Below, in pieces: positions 39,101 through 51,744 of a stretch of 64,000 nt of DNA (positions are counted from its first letter, which is position 1; each line of letters starts with the position of its first letter). The notes below the pieces were generated by a model that made no database searches, was not told the DNA's origin, and saw only the letters and a program-made list of their open reading frames with translations. The translations under genes were made by a program, and so were the position numbers. Source of the DNA: Haliotis rufescens (Eukaryota); the NCBI RefSeq assembly GCF_023055435.1, contig NW_025963868.1, forward strand, positions 15,438,001-15,502,000. The letters run 5' to 3'.

Positions 39101-42100
39101 ACAAGCTGGTTTTAGAGAGGGGTACTCAACTATAGACAACAGTTTTGTGTTACATTCCTTAATTCAACGTTATTTATCAAGTAAATGGGGGAAAAACGGA
39201 TGCGTTTTTTGAAGGTTTTTCTAAAGCATTTGACTCAGTTAACCGTGATAAACTTTGGGCCTTGCTTAAATTACAAAGAGTAAGCAGCAAGATGTTGAAA
39301 CTGTTATCAAGTATCTATGAACAAGTAAAGGCTTCTGTAAGAAGTAATGGCAAGTACTCAGAAGATTTTGAATGCAATGTAGGCGTTCGACAAGGATGTA
39401 TATTAAGTCCTTTTCTCTTTACTTTCTGGGGCGGTCGGGTAGCCTAGTGGTTAAAGCGTTGGCTCGTCACGCCGAAGACCCGGGTTCGATTCCCGACATG
39501 GGTACAATGTGTGAAGCCCATTTCTGGTGTCCCCCGCCGTGATATTGCTGGAATATTGCTAAAAGCGGCGTAAAACCATACTCACTCACTCACTCACTCT
39601 CTACTTTCTTTATTAACGTGCTGGCAGAAGAAAAACAAAAAACAGCTACACCCAGATAGTGTTAAAATATTTTTGCTTCTGTTTCCCGATGATGTCGTAA
39701 TGATTCCGAGTACTGTACCCAGATAGTGTTCGACAAGGATGTATATTAAGTCCTTTTCTCTTTACGTTCTTTATTAACGTGCTGGCAGAAGAAAAACAAA
39801 AAACAGCTACACCCAGATAGTGTTAAAATATTTTTGCTTCTGTTTCCCGATGATGTCGTAATGATTCCGAGTACTGTACCCAGATAGTGTTCGACAAGGA
39901 TGTATATTAAGTCCTTTTCTCTTTACGTTCTTTATTAACGTGCTGGCAGAAGAAAAACAAAAAACAGCTACACCCAGATAGTGTTAAAATATTTTTGCTT
40001 CTGTTTCCCGATGATGTCGTAATGATTCCGAGTACTGTACCCGGACTTCAAAGTCAGATAAATGTGCTGGAGCAATTTTGTGAACAATTTGGTTTAAGTG
40101 TTAACACAAAAAAAGAACAAAGTTATTGTGTTAAAAAACGGCGGTATGTTATCAAAAAGGGAGAAATGGTTTTACAAAGAAAGTTACAAGTTATAAATAT
40201 TTGGGAGTACATTTTTCTATAAAATTATCTTGGAATTTCCATTCAATACAGGCTGCAACGCAAGCAAAGAATAGTCTTTATAGGGTACAAAAACGTCTCA
40301 GATCTATTGAGAGTATAAATTTTAATCTATTTTAAATTTTTTTACACAAAATAAAGCCAATTCTACTATATGGGGCTGAGGTTGGGGTGTACATCAGCTA
40401 GATTTGAATGAAAGGGTGCATGTATATGCATGCAAAAGGTATTTAGGAGTGAAGATAAACACCCCCAATGTAGTATTGGTTAAGGTTATTAAGGTTGCCA
40501 TATGATAGATACCCAAGAAAGTGTTATGAAATGATGGTATTGTATGACAAAAATGGAAAGCAAAACTGGGTTCCGTCGGTTAAAAAGCTCAGTGATGATT
40601 TAGGCTCAGGTTATGCTTGGCAAAGTCAAAATTTAGATTGTCCTGAACATTTTGTTAAATTGTGTACACAAAGGCTCTAAGATACGTACATACAAAAGTG
40701 GAATTGTTTGTTAGCTTTAACGTCAAAATGTCAGTACTTGAGTTTATTTAAAACACAGTTTATAACTGCAGAATATCTTTTTAAAACCACTCTTGTACAA
40801 ATATAGAATTGCATTTTCTAGATTCAGATGCTCATAACATGAATTAAATATGGAAACGGGAAGATATTCCAAAATCCCAAAAGGAATTAGATTATGTAAA
40901 ATGTGTAATCTACAGCTAATAGAGGAATCAAAAGTCAAGAATCAAGAATTTTTATTGTACAGAACACCCTCGTAGGGCAGGGTACAAACTATCTACATTT
41001 GGGAATAAATATAACTATAAACATGAAAGGTAGATATACATAATGTACATTATAGATGAGTACCATTTTGTTCTCTTTTGTCCATTTTATCAGAATTTAC
41101 GAATTATATACCTACACCCATCAATGTACTAATTTCCAAATATATTTAAGTTTAATGAATGATATCTTCTACAAGTATCAATGTTCTGAAGCCTTTGACT
41201 GCGTATATATTCCATGCGATGGATTGTAGAAATGACAAGATGAGTGACTTAAATAAGTAGAAATCAATATGTCCATCCACTATCCACAAAGACACGTACT
41301 ATAGGCCTATGGCCTTTTAGTATTTCTGTAAGAAAGATTGATTGAAAGATTGATTGAACAAAGAACCAAATCGTTTGCCATAGACTTCTGTTGTAACGTT
41401 ATATTTTATCTTAATAATAGGGTACTCAACAACCATGTCATGTGCATGTGTGAATATCGTGATCTTATTACTGCATTGCATTACAATGCATTCTGCATTA
41501 AATGGCGCTTACTTGAAATTATATGCGGACACAATAGCTTCACTGATGATTCAAAGAGAATACAGGACAGGGATATTGACAACATCTTGGTCAGCTTTAA
41601 TTACTGGTGGGGGTAGATATATAAAACATCCAAATATTTGATTGAGAAATATCTCGAATCCGGAAAAAGAATCAGAGTGCCGGACGTAACAATATTATGA
41701 TAGATATATGTTTCTCTATACTGACCTATAGTTCCGTCAACAAAACTCCGAAACCCAGATCACTGGTCACAGTTGTAATTTGATGCATGAGATTCTGTTG
41801 AAGTACACAATTGATCAATACAAAATATCACACTTGTTATCCTTAATATTTTCCTGTGCGTTAAGGGCCATGCAATATTTCGACAGTAAACGTATATGAC
41901 TTTTGAGAAATACATGACTATTTAACTACGAAGTCCAAAAAGAAACTAATAATAATTCACAAGAATAAAATACTCACGCTGCTGGGGATGTACGTTGAAT
42001 GAACGGCTTCATTAACACATTCAGGTGCACAACAGATAGATGTGTATCATGTTTTAGTGTTTTAGTGTTTTTCATGGAAGTATTAACAAGGGATAAACAA

Positions 42101-43302
42101 TACATTAGTTGTATCGTTAACTCTTAGCAATATATTTTTACCACAGTGTTTTGCTTCATATAAGGTTCATCGACCGGCAGCCCAGGGACTAGTGGCAACT
42201 ATAATGATGTCATGGCTGAAGGTAATCGTTGTTGAATGTTTATAAATTTGTATTGATAGTTTTATACAGTAAATAAAGTCACAAAGATCGTTGACCACCT
42301 TAGCAAAGCATCATAGTTTAGCTTGTTGATGCTATATTTGGTTCAGCAAACAGTTCTGTACGCAAAGTATGACATACTGTAAAGCAAGCAGTAGCCTAAC
42401 GTACATCTAGAGACACTGCGGCTTGTTTCAGATTCATCCCTACCTCCTCTTGCCACGGCTTCTCTAGGGGGAGCACTGCTGGTCATAATCACTCTCACTG
42501 CACTGATCTGGAGCTGCGTGGTAGGACAACGTAAGTCGGAAAGTCAAGGTAATGAACGATCTCAACACCTCAACATATGCACCTAAATATGGTCTGTGGG
42601 TGCATATAATCGTACTCCAAAGTTGTAACTTGTCTGGTCCAATCTCTATGACGTATGAAGCGTTGTAGTGGCATATAACTGCCATTGACGCTAAATACAA
42701 TTGGCCCACTCCCCCGAGGCAGAAGAAACAACCAATATCAAACATGTGCACATAAATGGCACGTATCAAATGATTAGAGCTCAGTATTTCCAGATTTGAA
42801 TTAGGTACACTATGCCTGAAATGGGTTGAAAAGAGCATCTTTCATATCATTGTCCTTTGAGGCTGTAGACCTGTCATTTGAAATAAACTGACGATATTTT
42901 CCTAATGTTTTCCTATATTGTTTATCTAATTATTGATTATTGAGGAGTCTGTCTAAGCAACTTGATCATATTTATTTTACAGCTGCTTTGCCTTCTCGGG
43001 ACGACATGACAATCAGGACTCCGAGGACACAGACATTGTCACTGATACCAGAATCTCAAATGCAGACACTGAACCTGGAAGCTTATGATTTAACTGAGAG
43101 TTTTCAGCCAGAAACACAGTACAGTCAGGTCAAGAAGTCAGCCAGGAGCAGTCAAGATCACCCACAACCAATATACAGCGTGGCTTGTAAGCCGATAAAG
43201 CCCACATGGGGGCAGTATCCAGGAGATGCAGGTCCTCAGCCCTGTAACTTAAAGGTGCCAGCAGTTAAGAAGATGGTTGACGAGCAGGGATCGATAATCT
43301 AA
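36154..43302 (+). CDS. Gene C: single V-like Ig-domain membrane receptor with ITSM-like tail (301 aa)
   Basis: Exons: 36154-36220 leader, 36901-37245 Ig, 42165-42221 (GSSTGSPGTSGNYNDVMAE), 42432-42548 TM (LATASLGGALLVIITLTALIWSCVV), 42983-43302 tail with TQYSQV and PIYSVA; 906 nt, open frame, all phase 1. Confidence 0.78.
36703..36775 (-). mobile_element. Very short 5'-truncated retroposon with (ACTC)n tail and TSD TTATTGGACAG; relatives at 44783-44840 (TSD CCTTACTTAAGA) and 45960-46020
   Basis: gagtgagtg...acatcggcaat...cagccatatcgtgac; absent from the homologous intron of gene B. Confidence 0.75.
37430..41330 (+). mobile_element. Decayed LINE ORF2 (CR1/L2-like) in intron 2 of gene C, with a nested LINE 3' end at ~37760-38268
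   Basis: RT motifs SYRGITLLS, QAGFREGYSTIDN, GVRQGCILSPFLF, LLFPDD; C-terminal CPFC...ETEYH zinc motif; many stops and frameshifts. Confidence 0.9.
39428..39598 (+). mobile_element. tRNA-derived SINE (family 2), full length, inserted in a LINE RT region
   Basis: A and B boxes, (ACTC)n tail, TSD including TACTTTCT. Confidence 0.92.
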
Positions 43303-46300
43303 TAATGCATATATGTCCCTTTCAAGCACTGTTCAGAATAACACTTTTAAAGCATACGATTTCGTTGTATCATGTCTTTATCCAAGTGTAATTGTTTTTT
43401 AAAACTTGTCTGTCAAGTTGTGACGAGTATTACGTTGTTTTCATTTTCTCAACAGAAGGTGGGAGGTTCGATATCCTTGTCGCGTCATTTCAGAATAGGC
43501 CTAAAGAGGGTACTTGTTACCCTGCCTGGTGCTCAGCTCTAAAGGGAAAGAACAAAGTCTATCCATGTTAAATGAAATCGCGATGGGCTGGTACTCCAGT
43601 ACTAGTAGCCACACACACGTCTCCGCACTCAGCAATATTCCACCAATGTGACGGCGGTCTGTAAATAATCGAGTCTGAACCATACAATCCAGTGCTTTTC
43701 ATCATGAGCATTTGGGCTAGGCGGGCTAGGCGATTCGGAAACGATGCCATGCATCAAACCAAGTCAGCGAGCCTAACCACCCGATCCCGTTAGTCGCCTT
43801 TTACGGCAAGCATGGGTTGCCGAAGACCGATACTCTACCCGGATCTTCACCGGAAACACACACATGTGCATGCACGTCGCTGCATAAGTGACATTCTCTT
43901 GAATGCGACTTTAACCCCCATTTCACTTCACCTCATTTGCTCAAATGCAACACAATTCTATGTTGTAAAAAATAAATTCAGTGAGAGTGGGTAAATGAGA
44001 TAAACATCGCGTGACAATAATTAGTCACGTAAGGTCAAAGTGATACAGGTCGTTTCCCATTTGGGAATGTCGGATTGTGAGTATGTTGCGTACAAACCAA
44101 GGATCAACATGAGGGATTCACATCACCATCTGATTCTGGCAGATAAAAGGACGTCATGGCGCAGCAAATTTAGAAAGTCGCTTTTGTTTCCAAGGACAAG
44201 AGAACACTCGGTTTTGTACTCTTTGTTTGCATAACGCCGTGTTAATGAATCAGTGTGGAATGTGTGTGCAATCAACTGATTGACACATCTATGCCGTTGG
44301 ATTGATCACATCGTAGTATATAGGTATATAGGCAACAATAACTAAAGTTCGATAGACATATATACACACTACATTTTCAGTAAGAACCGGGGCTTTCGTT
44401 TACTTTTAATTCCACTTTTCATCATTTTTCGAATGAGTTTTTACTAAAGTTTCTTTATTTTCAATATTGTCCTCATTGACATGATACGTTCACAATATAG
44501 TCCATTGTAATAGCATACTATTTTGTCTCTATTCGATTCAAAGCTTATTATCCTTCCATTTTGTATCAGTACTGTGAACTTTGTTTCAGAATACAACTGT
44601 TACAACTTTTACGTGGTTATTTGTTTGTCCTTCCAGTCTTTGACCATAGACCTTCTTCACCTCCACAACTGTAGTGAACACGAGCCGAAGTGTGAATCCC
44701 ATGATGGGTACAATTCCTCAATACATGTCGTACACAGATGTCCGGCGATGCTGATGCTGCTTATGTCACGCCTTACTTAAGAGTGAGTGAGTGAGTTATA
44801 ATTTTACATCGCATCGGCAATATAGCAGCCATATCGCGATCCTTACTTAAGAAATAAACGACTCGTGGTTGTTGTTTATCGTACAATGAAAGACTGCAGG
44901 GAGAATAAACCATGAGAGGCGAAGCCCCGTGTGGTATATTCCCCATGCAGTAATTAATTTTACGATAAACAACGACTACGAGTCGTTTATTTCTAACATG
45001 AGATTTTTACAGTATGTACAACCTCTTTGAGGATGTTAATACAGTGTACAAGCCTTACACATATGTACTGTGTTTAAATAATGATGACTCCCTGAATACC
45101 CCCCCCCCCCCCCCCCCCCCCCTCCAACAATGTCGGACAACTACCTTTTTATGAACAGGGGGTTTCAGTTAAGGTATTTCCCGGTATTTCCCGGATATTA
45201 TCATAATCCTCACGTCGATTATCTGTACCTTCTCTCCCAGTACCGATTGCCATTTGTCTTCCACTTTGGGATGCAATCGTTTCAGCATTGCCCAGCTACA
45301 TCTATGGTGAACTACTCACTAGACACTTCCCTGAAAAGGTTATCGACAGGCGAGGGCATGTTCGAATCTGCAAACAAAGACGTCATTATCGTGAAATAAA
45401 CCACGCTTCGCTGTTTATTGTTCTTTGCGATTTATCGCGCAGTTATCTCATATACCAACAAACAAATTATTCTTCAAGCATGTCTTAAATAATTCACAGT
45501 ATAAATGTATCCCCATGTAGTTCTAAATCGATGAAATTCTGAATCCACAACTTGATGAGTACAGAGCTTTTAACACAAATACATGAATAACAGCAGATAC
45601 TATTGTCAAAGCAGACACAAGGTATTGTTTGCTATTTGGTTTCCATATCCGTCACATGTAAGTCATAAATCTCGTAGGTTTATCTGCAGGTGTATCTAAA
45701 TATCCAGTTCAATCAGTCACGAACAGTGTCGACGCCAGTAAGTATAATGTTTTATCTGTGCGGTATGAGATGTGACAAGCGATGTTTGATTATTGTTACA
45801 TAAAATAATAATGGTAGGCCAAATATCAAACATTACTTATTATCCATGTGAATAGAGAAGTTAAGGTAAAACGAACGATTGTTTGGGTGCCTTGAAATAT
45901 GATTATGTCTGGTGATGCAAATGTATAACATTTATGTGGATGTCTTTTCATGTTGAATAGTGAGTGAATGAGGTAACATTTACAGTCACATCGGCAGTAT
46001 GTCAGCCATATCGTGACAAGCAAATGTTATACATAAATAATAATTTGTCAAAATCCGTCAACAGCACAATAAGAAGCAGTATGTCACATCTATGTACCAT
46101 ATACTACATTTGGGTTTACACTTTCTTAGCAAAGTTAATATGGCGCCAAACGTTGGTTGCTGGTGATCAATAGCCTGTATGTACATTGTATCGTTATGTA
46201 TACTCATATTTATTTAAGATTTACTACGAAATAGAAGTCTGACACCTGGTCGTCTTTATCATGTACTGCACCCATCTGATGAATGTAAATTGGCACGACT

Positions 46301-47274
46301 CCCATTGCCGAAAGGATGAAGAGTCAATGCCTGTTGGAAAGGGGTCAAATGTTACAATGTAGTAAAGTTAGGGTTATACAAGTACTTTTTGTGTGGAATC
46401 CCATCTGGGTTAGACCGGGGTAGAACGAGGCGTTGTTTATTTAGATAGACCTACTGTGTTTTGAAATTTGATCTAGTCCTACTGTAATCGAGATGTAGTT
46501 GGACAACGCAGATAAACGCAATGGTCAACGATCGGACCCAAACGTGGGCGAGATATGACAGTCTCTATTTGGAGAAAATGTCAATTTGGCTGTCAATTAT
46601 CCTCTTGGCATATTTTCTCTTTTATTCCGTTAAACGTAACTCACCTGTTCATAAAATGAGATCGGACTGTATTCAGGAGTTATTAACTGAATACGGGGAA
46701 ATATTTTCAAGCTTGTGAACTTTATCAACAACCTTAAATAGGCTGTAATAATGCTGATATCGCATATCTCCCTGCAGTGTTTTGCGCCCATAGTAGTTTA
46801 TACTCTCAGCGGTGTTTTATTGTACGATAACCAATTTCCCTCGTTAACATTTATGATGAGGTAATGATATTGTTTTTGGAGTTGATTCTGAGCCAGGAAT
46901 TCACAAGCCATTCTGAATGTGCATTTTGTTCCAGTAAAACTGACGGAACTATTGGTGATGATGCAAAATTAAAGAAATATGAGATATCAACATTAACATG
47001 GTTTAAGTCGGAGACATCACTCAATATGTTGACGCCGGATTCGTTGGCTCTTCTTCCGAAAGCATCAGGTTCTCACGATGTCTCTGTTTAGTATAAGCTC
47101 CTACGACAACTGGTACTGGTAACGTCTTCTGACTTAGAATCGCTAGGATGGGTTGAATTAAAATTTTTAATGCATTAAGTTTTTCAATAAATGCATATTA
47201 AAATGTAACTCATTTTCAAATTGTATACTTACTATTGGCTCTATTTCCCAGATCCCATGAAGTAACAGATACTG

Positions 47275-49616
47275 ATGGATATATACAAGCTCTCAGTCAT
47301 ATCTTTGGTCATAATGAGGACAATTGAAGGTAAGTTGCATGGGTGGAAATTCTTTACTTATTTCCTGGATTTCTACTTTGAGGAGAGTTGACCTATTTCA
47401 TAGAACAGACGGTCTCCGTGTTCTCGAGTACAGAGCATCTAAGAGAGTGGAAGGTAAGTGGTTCGATCGCCTGGCCGCGTCATACCCAAAGACGTCGAAA
47501 GATGGTACTTGTTACCTTGCCAGGCGCTCGGCATTAAGGGGCTAAAACAAGGACTGGTCGGCTCGGAGTCAGTATATCGTGTCTGGGCGGAGTCCAAGTT
47601 AAACTGCGGCATGGTATCTCAGTGGGTTCGCATTACAAAACAGACATTAGTCCAGGACCAGTACAAGCAGTGACGCAGCCACGCACGCACACGCACACAC
47701 ATGTTCGTCGCTTTAAACGTCAAACCCAATTTATCTTTGCTGTAGAGGAAACTGATTATGAGTTTATATCGCGAGTCAATTGTTACAGTTATCAAGCATA
47801 GAACAATAGGTACACATGCCTTTTGTGTTTTTCGCACAGCATCTTCGTTGAAGTACCGCCTTAAATCTACACAAGCTATAGAAGGGCAACCGTGTACTTT
47901 ATCGTGTAGACACGATCACACCATAGGAACTGCATTGTGGTACAGGAACTGGGTCCGGATTTTTCAAACAAATAGGAATTACCAGTTTGAGATGCTTGAC
48001 AAGAACATTGATCACGAGGAGTTCCGGTCTGTGTCAGGACGGATCTCTGTGGATGCAACCCTGATCCGACACAACGTGATCCTCACCATCAACTCTACAC
48101 TGGATGAGGGATCTGTGTGGAGGTGTGGTCTAGGGGAGGATTCTAGTAATAATCTGACAGTAAGGGTGGTCAAGCCAGTCACTGGTATGTAATTCGTCGC
48201 GGAAGACCAAGTAAATGTTATATATATAACACAAGTATTATTGTACTAAAACAATCCATGTCTGAAACATATAATATCACGATTTCCGAAATCCCAATAA
48301 ATGTACTGCTGGTGAATACCGAATGTATTTCATGAATTACTTAATAAGGTCAAATCGGTGGGTTCTTTATGTAGATGTGGTCAGGTTTGGTAAAGTTTGG
48401 TCTAGTTTTAATGCCTACAGTTCACGCTCTTGTCAATATACTTACAAGATACTTTTATATCTTCAGTTTGTCCTTATAACATTATGGTTCTTGTCACAGA
48501 CGGGAGTACAACCACCCAACCCCAGACAACATCCATCGTTAGCAAGACAACTACAACTACAGAAGCTATGACAGAAAACAAAGGTTTGTTAAAGTTTTCC
48601 CGAGATTCAAGTATTTATGGCCAAACGTGCAAAGAAGCGTTTAAAAGCCAGTCTAGTTTTAATATTCTTCCTTTCAATTGTCATGTTTATGTTATGGCGT
48701 TGACACACAGGGCGCCTGGGTACATTGGAATATTGTGTACATATACAAGTGTATATATGAGTTACTGTGGCACGTACGACATGATGACATAACAGTGTAC
48801 ATTATGTGTTATTGCATTACAAATGACACTGTATATCAATCTTTTTTAAGTGAAAAAATATGGAACTAAATTGCACATATAAGTTTTATACAGATCAAAA
48901 ATCATATTTCATCTTCAACACACACCCCTCTATTATTTATTCTTTTGTCGCAGAATATCCGGCAACCCATGCCTTTATCCTAACCATGTGTGGAACTGCC
49001 TGTTGTCTCACCCTTGTCATAGGCAGCACCATAATCTTGTTTGCGAGGAGTCGCCTCACAGCTGGACCCGGTAAAAGACTTCACAGTATATATGATGAAA
49101 TATACTTGACAATGCAATAGATTATGTTACTTAAATGATCGAGAAGAGTTCGTTTCCGGTAACAGACATAACAATCAATTCTTTTATAAACTAAAGTTTT
49201 CGCTTGGGAGGACGTGGGTTGGGCAGTGAGTGAGTGGGTCATCAAATTGCGCAGAACAAAGAAATATTCAACTGTTGAAAAACAATAGTCATCGTTTAAC
49301 ATGTACATCTGCGCCATATGTACGAATTCAGAAAAGTGAAACATTTTTTAAAATGATACATTTACATTCCGCTTTGTCCCGTTCATAGTTTTGGTGATTT
49401 TGACAGCTTTTGACTGCAGGGAACTGTAAAATATTATCTGTTTACAAGCTGTCTGATGATACAAGTTGGTAACGTACGATTCATAATGTCCAACTCTGAG
49501 ATCGGACGTAGTGTTTTAGCTTTTAAAGCCTAAGTACACTGACAATTATTTGATCTGTTGCAGATGATAAAACCACAGCAGGATCTCAAGCAAGACCACA
49601 GCAGGCCAGACAGTGA
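47275..49616 (+). CDS. Gene D: single V-like Ig-domain membrane protein with short Tyr-free tail (217 aa)
   Basis: Exons: 47275-47329 (MDIYKLSVISLVIMRTIE, donor gtaagt), 47840-48184 Ig, 48500-48583 Thr-rich stalk, 48954-49070 TM (AFILTMCGTACCLTLVIGSTIILFA), 49564-49616 (DDKTTAGSQARPQQARQ*); 654 nt, open frame. Confidence 0.75.
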
Positions 49617-50589
49617 CTGAGACGGTCTAACTGTTGCCAGTACAAACATGTCAATGAGTTTTGCTTGTAGGAGTGCTTTGAAACACATCAATGCTGAATT
49701 TGCATGTTTAATGAGTGCAAGGCGACTACTGACTAAACAGTGCAGCCGTTCACAAACTTAGACTAAATGTACACGTCATTTTGGAAAACAATATATGCAT
49801 ATAAACTACCCGGCTAGAGAAAGTATACACCAATATTTGATGGTGGCTGAAAATGAAACACAACAAATGGTTATTTGATGGTATCCATGGTATCGTAGTT
49901 GTGTTTTTGGATTTCAAGTTGCCAGTGTTCCGGCGACTGTTTTCTGCCTAGCTGAACTGAACTTCATTAATTTCAGGCTGTGGTCCACGGTATTAGAAGC
50001 ACATATACATATACAATACAAGTACAACATGAGATGTCATTCAGAGGACAGGCAGTGATGCAACGTAGTATGGGACGGTTCAAACAAGATACAAGTTTAC
50101 ATGTTATCTAATTTTGCAAAATAACTTTTCAAAAGTTACGTGACAATACTATTTTAGTGGAAAATAACATAACTAAATTCATAAGGTAAGGATATTATGT
50201 TTAATAATGTCAGATACAAATATTTCTGTTCTTTAAAATATGGACAACATTTTGATACCCTTTTTAATTATTTGGTCGGATCCAATTTTCAAGTGAATAC
50301 TTGTTTTTGCCAACGGTTTAAAATACATACATTACTGTCCGGGTTAAATCATATTTGCGATGTCTGGATGTATTTCCATCAAATGTATAATTATCCTACA
50401 TGTCAACTCGTACCACGTACGAGTCTCATCAGGCCATAACTAAACATAACATTCAGTTATGGCCTGACGAGACCCGTACGTGGTTGAAAACGCTAGCCAA
50501 TTCAAACTGTGTTCAATCTTACTCCACTTATTTAATTATTACTACATTGTGCCTGAGAGTTAGAACTTTACTGTGCATATATGTGCATA

Positions 50590-50727
50590 NNNNNNNNNNN
50601 NNNNNNNNNNNNNNNNNNNNNNNNNNNNNNNNNNNNNNNNNNNNNNNNNNNNNNNNNNNNNNNNNNNNNNNNNNNNNNNNNNNNNNNNNNNNNNNNNNNN
50701 NNNNNNNNNNNNNNNNNNNNNNNNNNN
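50590..50727. other. Assembly gap
   Basis: Run of N. Confidence 1.
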
Positions 50728-51744
50728 GGAGTTGTGTAATTGTGCGCTCGATGTGTGAAGTTGTAAATATCATAAATACTCACTGAATGTCAAACAATTG
50801 AAATTGACGAAAAAATTTCCTTGTTCTTATTTTAGTGACTGTCTTGGATATTCTTATAACGAAACATTTCCTTACTGAAACTAGAAGTGTCACGACCCAC
50901 AAGGAATGTGGAACTATTAATGACGCTGAGTCGATTAACACATAAATAGTGTTCATGCATCTAATCAAATCTAATACGATCCCACGAAGTAGAGAGGGGG
51001 AAATACTTCACAACAGGCGTTTACGATAAAGATATACACCAGGCACACTTGATGCAAACCCCAGGAATTGATACAATCATTAGGTCTCAAATTCATTTAA
51101 ATGTTTAGTCATCATTGTGTTGCCAACGAACATTGATGAGTTTAACAATGTTGCAGTTGCTCATTGGGGACAGCAGCGCATTAGATATTCCCGCAGACAG
51201 ACGCCAGTTTGGCAACAAGATTATGAATCTAACTGGATTTCCTTAAATCAGGAGTTACAGATGTGCAGTTATAAATCGTGTTGCATTCAGTTGTTGTAAA
51301 TATAGACTTTGTCCTCAACTAGCTTATATTTAACTTACAGTTAAACTTTATACAGTGTATTTGCATGAATGAAATATTGATAGGTGCGGGGGGAGGTGAG
51401 GGAGTGATAGTGACAAGTGCTTACGGTCGAGGGGAGATAACTCTAGATACTGGCAGTGATAACGAATGTAAACACTGTCAGTGTGGTGAAATTCTAATTA
51501 TGCTATGTGACTGGTGACATGTTGCTAGGATATCTGGTTATGTTGTGAGGATTTGACGGAGATGGTATAAACGGCAGTTTTAGTCTTGATCTGGAACAAG
51601 CCGTATCGTAGCGAGATGTGTTACGATCTTTCACTACTAGTATCCCCCATCATACGGCTACATTTACAATTATGTTTCTAGGTTTGTCAGCACCATACTC
51701 GTGTTCGTTGGTTTTCTCAAAGCGGTAAACGTCTGAGACCTGCA

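Noticed and set aside
39428-39500. tRNA genes here and at 15020 and 30040-30109
   Set aside because: tRNA-like heads continue into a shared body and tail and have TSDs, so they are SINEs.
24266-48184. One multi-Ig gene, or a Dscam-like array of mutually exclusive exons
   Set aside because: Each Ig exon has its own leader, TM and stop-containing exon; four separate genes is simpler.
10780-48184. RAG-type recombination signals or FREP/VCBP identity
   Set aside because: No heptamer-spacer-nonamer noticed at the exon borders, and no fibrinogen, lectin or chitin-binding exon was found.
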